From positions 168,954-232,953 of the forward strand of contig NMRA01000041.1 in assembly GCA_002633005.1 (NCBI GenBank): a stretch of 64,000 bases of DNA, read 5' to 3'. Within the stretch, counting starts at the first letter, position 1. The number at the start of each line of letters is the position of its first letter. The DNA comes from Phoronis australis (lineage: Eukaryota; Animalia; Phoronida). Both the position numbers and the translations under genes were made by a program. Of this stretch, positions 62,856 to 64,000 are shown one piece after another. The notes under the pieces are model-generated. The model saw nothing but the letters and a program-made list of their open reading frames with translations. It made no database searches and had not been told where the DNA came from.

Positions 62856-63547
62856 ACAATATTGGTACTGCCACTAGAGGGCTCACTATGTACCCCTATA
62901 GGTGGCGTTGGCTGTTCTCAGTATGGCAGCCTCCAGCTTACAGTCTCTGTGAACACTTCTACAGGTACATTAGCTTTAGATTCATATATACTGTTAGTTA
63001 AAGCACACGGTTCAGTTTGTTATTACTTTATTATTCGTGTTTTCAACTTTCACAGCCAACTAACACGGCTGGTTTATGTTCGTAATGTTTCCAGTCCTGC
63101 GTGACCGTCCTGATTGGGTTTCGAGCCTTGAGGTTGTAACGAACGTTTTGTACTAGTCTTATAGAACTGAAAAAAAGTGCAGGTCTAAAATTACTACATA
63201 CGGGTGTACTCTCCTGTTTGTATTTCGCAGAGGAATAATTCTAATTTATCAACGAACAGATACCAGACTTCCCACGACCGACCTCTGGAAGTTGGCCTTT
63301 GTACGGCTATGGTACATTCATAATTTCTATAAATCCACAACAGCGAAATAAAACAACTCATTTGTTTAAAAACTCAGTGTAGTTGTGAGGGTTTTACATC
63401 GAATTTTGATGATTTATTGGTGTAAAACGATGATTTTTAGGGATAAGCTGACACCAGTAAGTGTGTTGTGAACTGCGGATCCGACTATTTTAGAACCTAA
63501 AACGTCATTGGTTAATTTCAGTGCCCCTATCTGCCATCTGGTGTCAG
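62856..63547 (+). CDS. Candidate exons of an unidentified divergent gene (62856..62964, 63231..63311, 63522..63547)
   Basis: Three AG..GT-bounded segments that splice into one open frame; no recognisable homology. Confidence 0.2.
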
Positions 63548-64000
63548 GTAAATCAAATTTCCTTGACACATTTAGAAAACTGCAAAAGGTCTTACCGATT
63601 ACATTTTGCCCCTTCCCCTAACAATTTCAACAAATCAAATCATCTGCCATCTTCTACTTTTAGCTGTTTACCAAATGACGTCATAGGTCAGGACATTCAA
63701 GTAAATTTTATTTCTTCTTGTCCGACTGATTGACTTGTGCGACTGGACAAGTTAGACAAAAAGTTAATGTTCAGCCCTGTTTGGTTTGTTACCAAATTAC
63801 TTTTGGCACGTATTGTATATTCTGATTGTTTTTTATAACTCAAAACAATTGTCTGCATTTTGCTTCCAACTCTGGTGGACAAAAAGCCAAAAGCATCGCA
63901 TTATACAAAATGGGTCAAGATTTCAATGCAAAGGCAATATTTGCATCCTTAAAAAGTCACAAATGAATTTGTGTATCCTGTTGACTGGCCTATTGTAAAA

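Overview
AT-rich, intron-containing animal (invertebrate-like) genomic DNA with four N-gaps; no prokaryotic features. It holds one 3-exon XK-related (XKR4/6/7-type scramblase family) gene on + (6052-9950, ~480 aa). Facing it tail-to-tail are two intact 8-coding-exon tandem paralogs of TMEM68/DIESL acyltransferase on - (copy A 17236-28248, ~352 aa; copy B 52230-59079, ~351 aa). An extra copy of exon 1 (29389-29719) is probably an allelic assembly duplicate. The rest is a dense, nested transposon landscape: Penelope-like elements (one with a tRNA-like head plus a minimal hammerhead ribozyme), an L1/Tx1 LINE with a ~115-bp flanking duplication, a CR1-like LINE, a tRNA SINE, a Helentron-type element with an internal satellite, 5-bp-TSD hAT-like elements, and a BEL/Pao LTR element split by an Academ transposon that is itself split by a P-type element. 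The two TMEM68 copies can be read against each other, which reveals insertion sites, a foldback junction, asymmetric protein divergence, a conserved uORF and asymmetric CpG decay. All alignments were done by eye and no database was searched.
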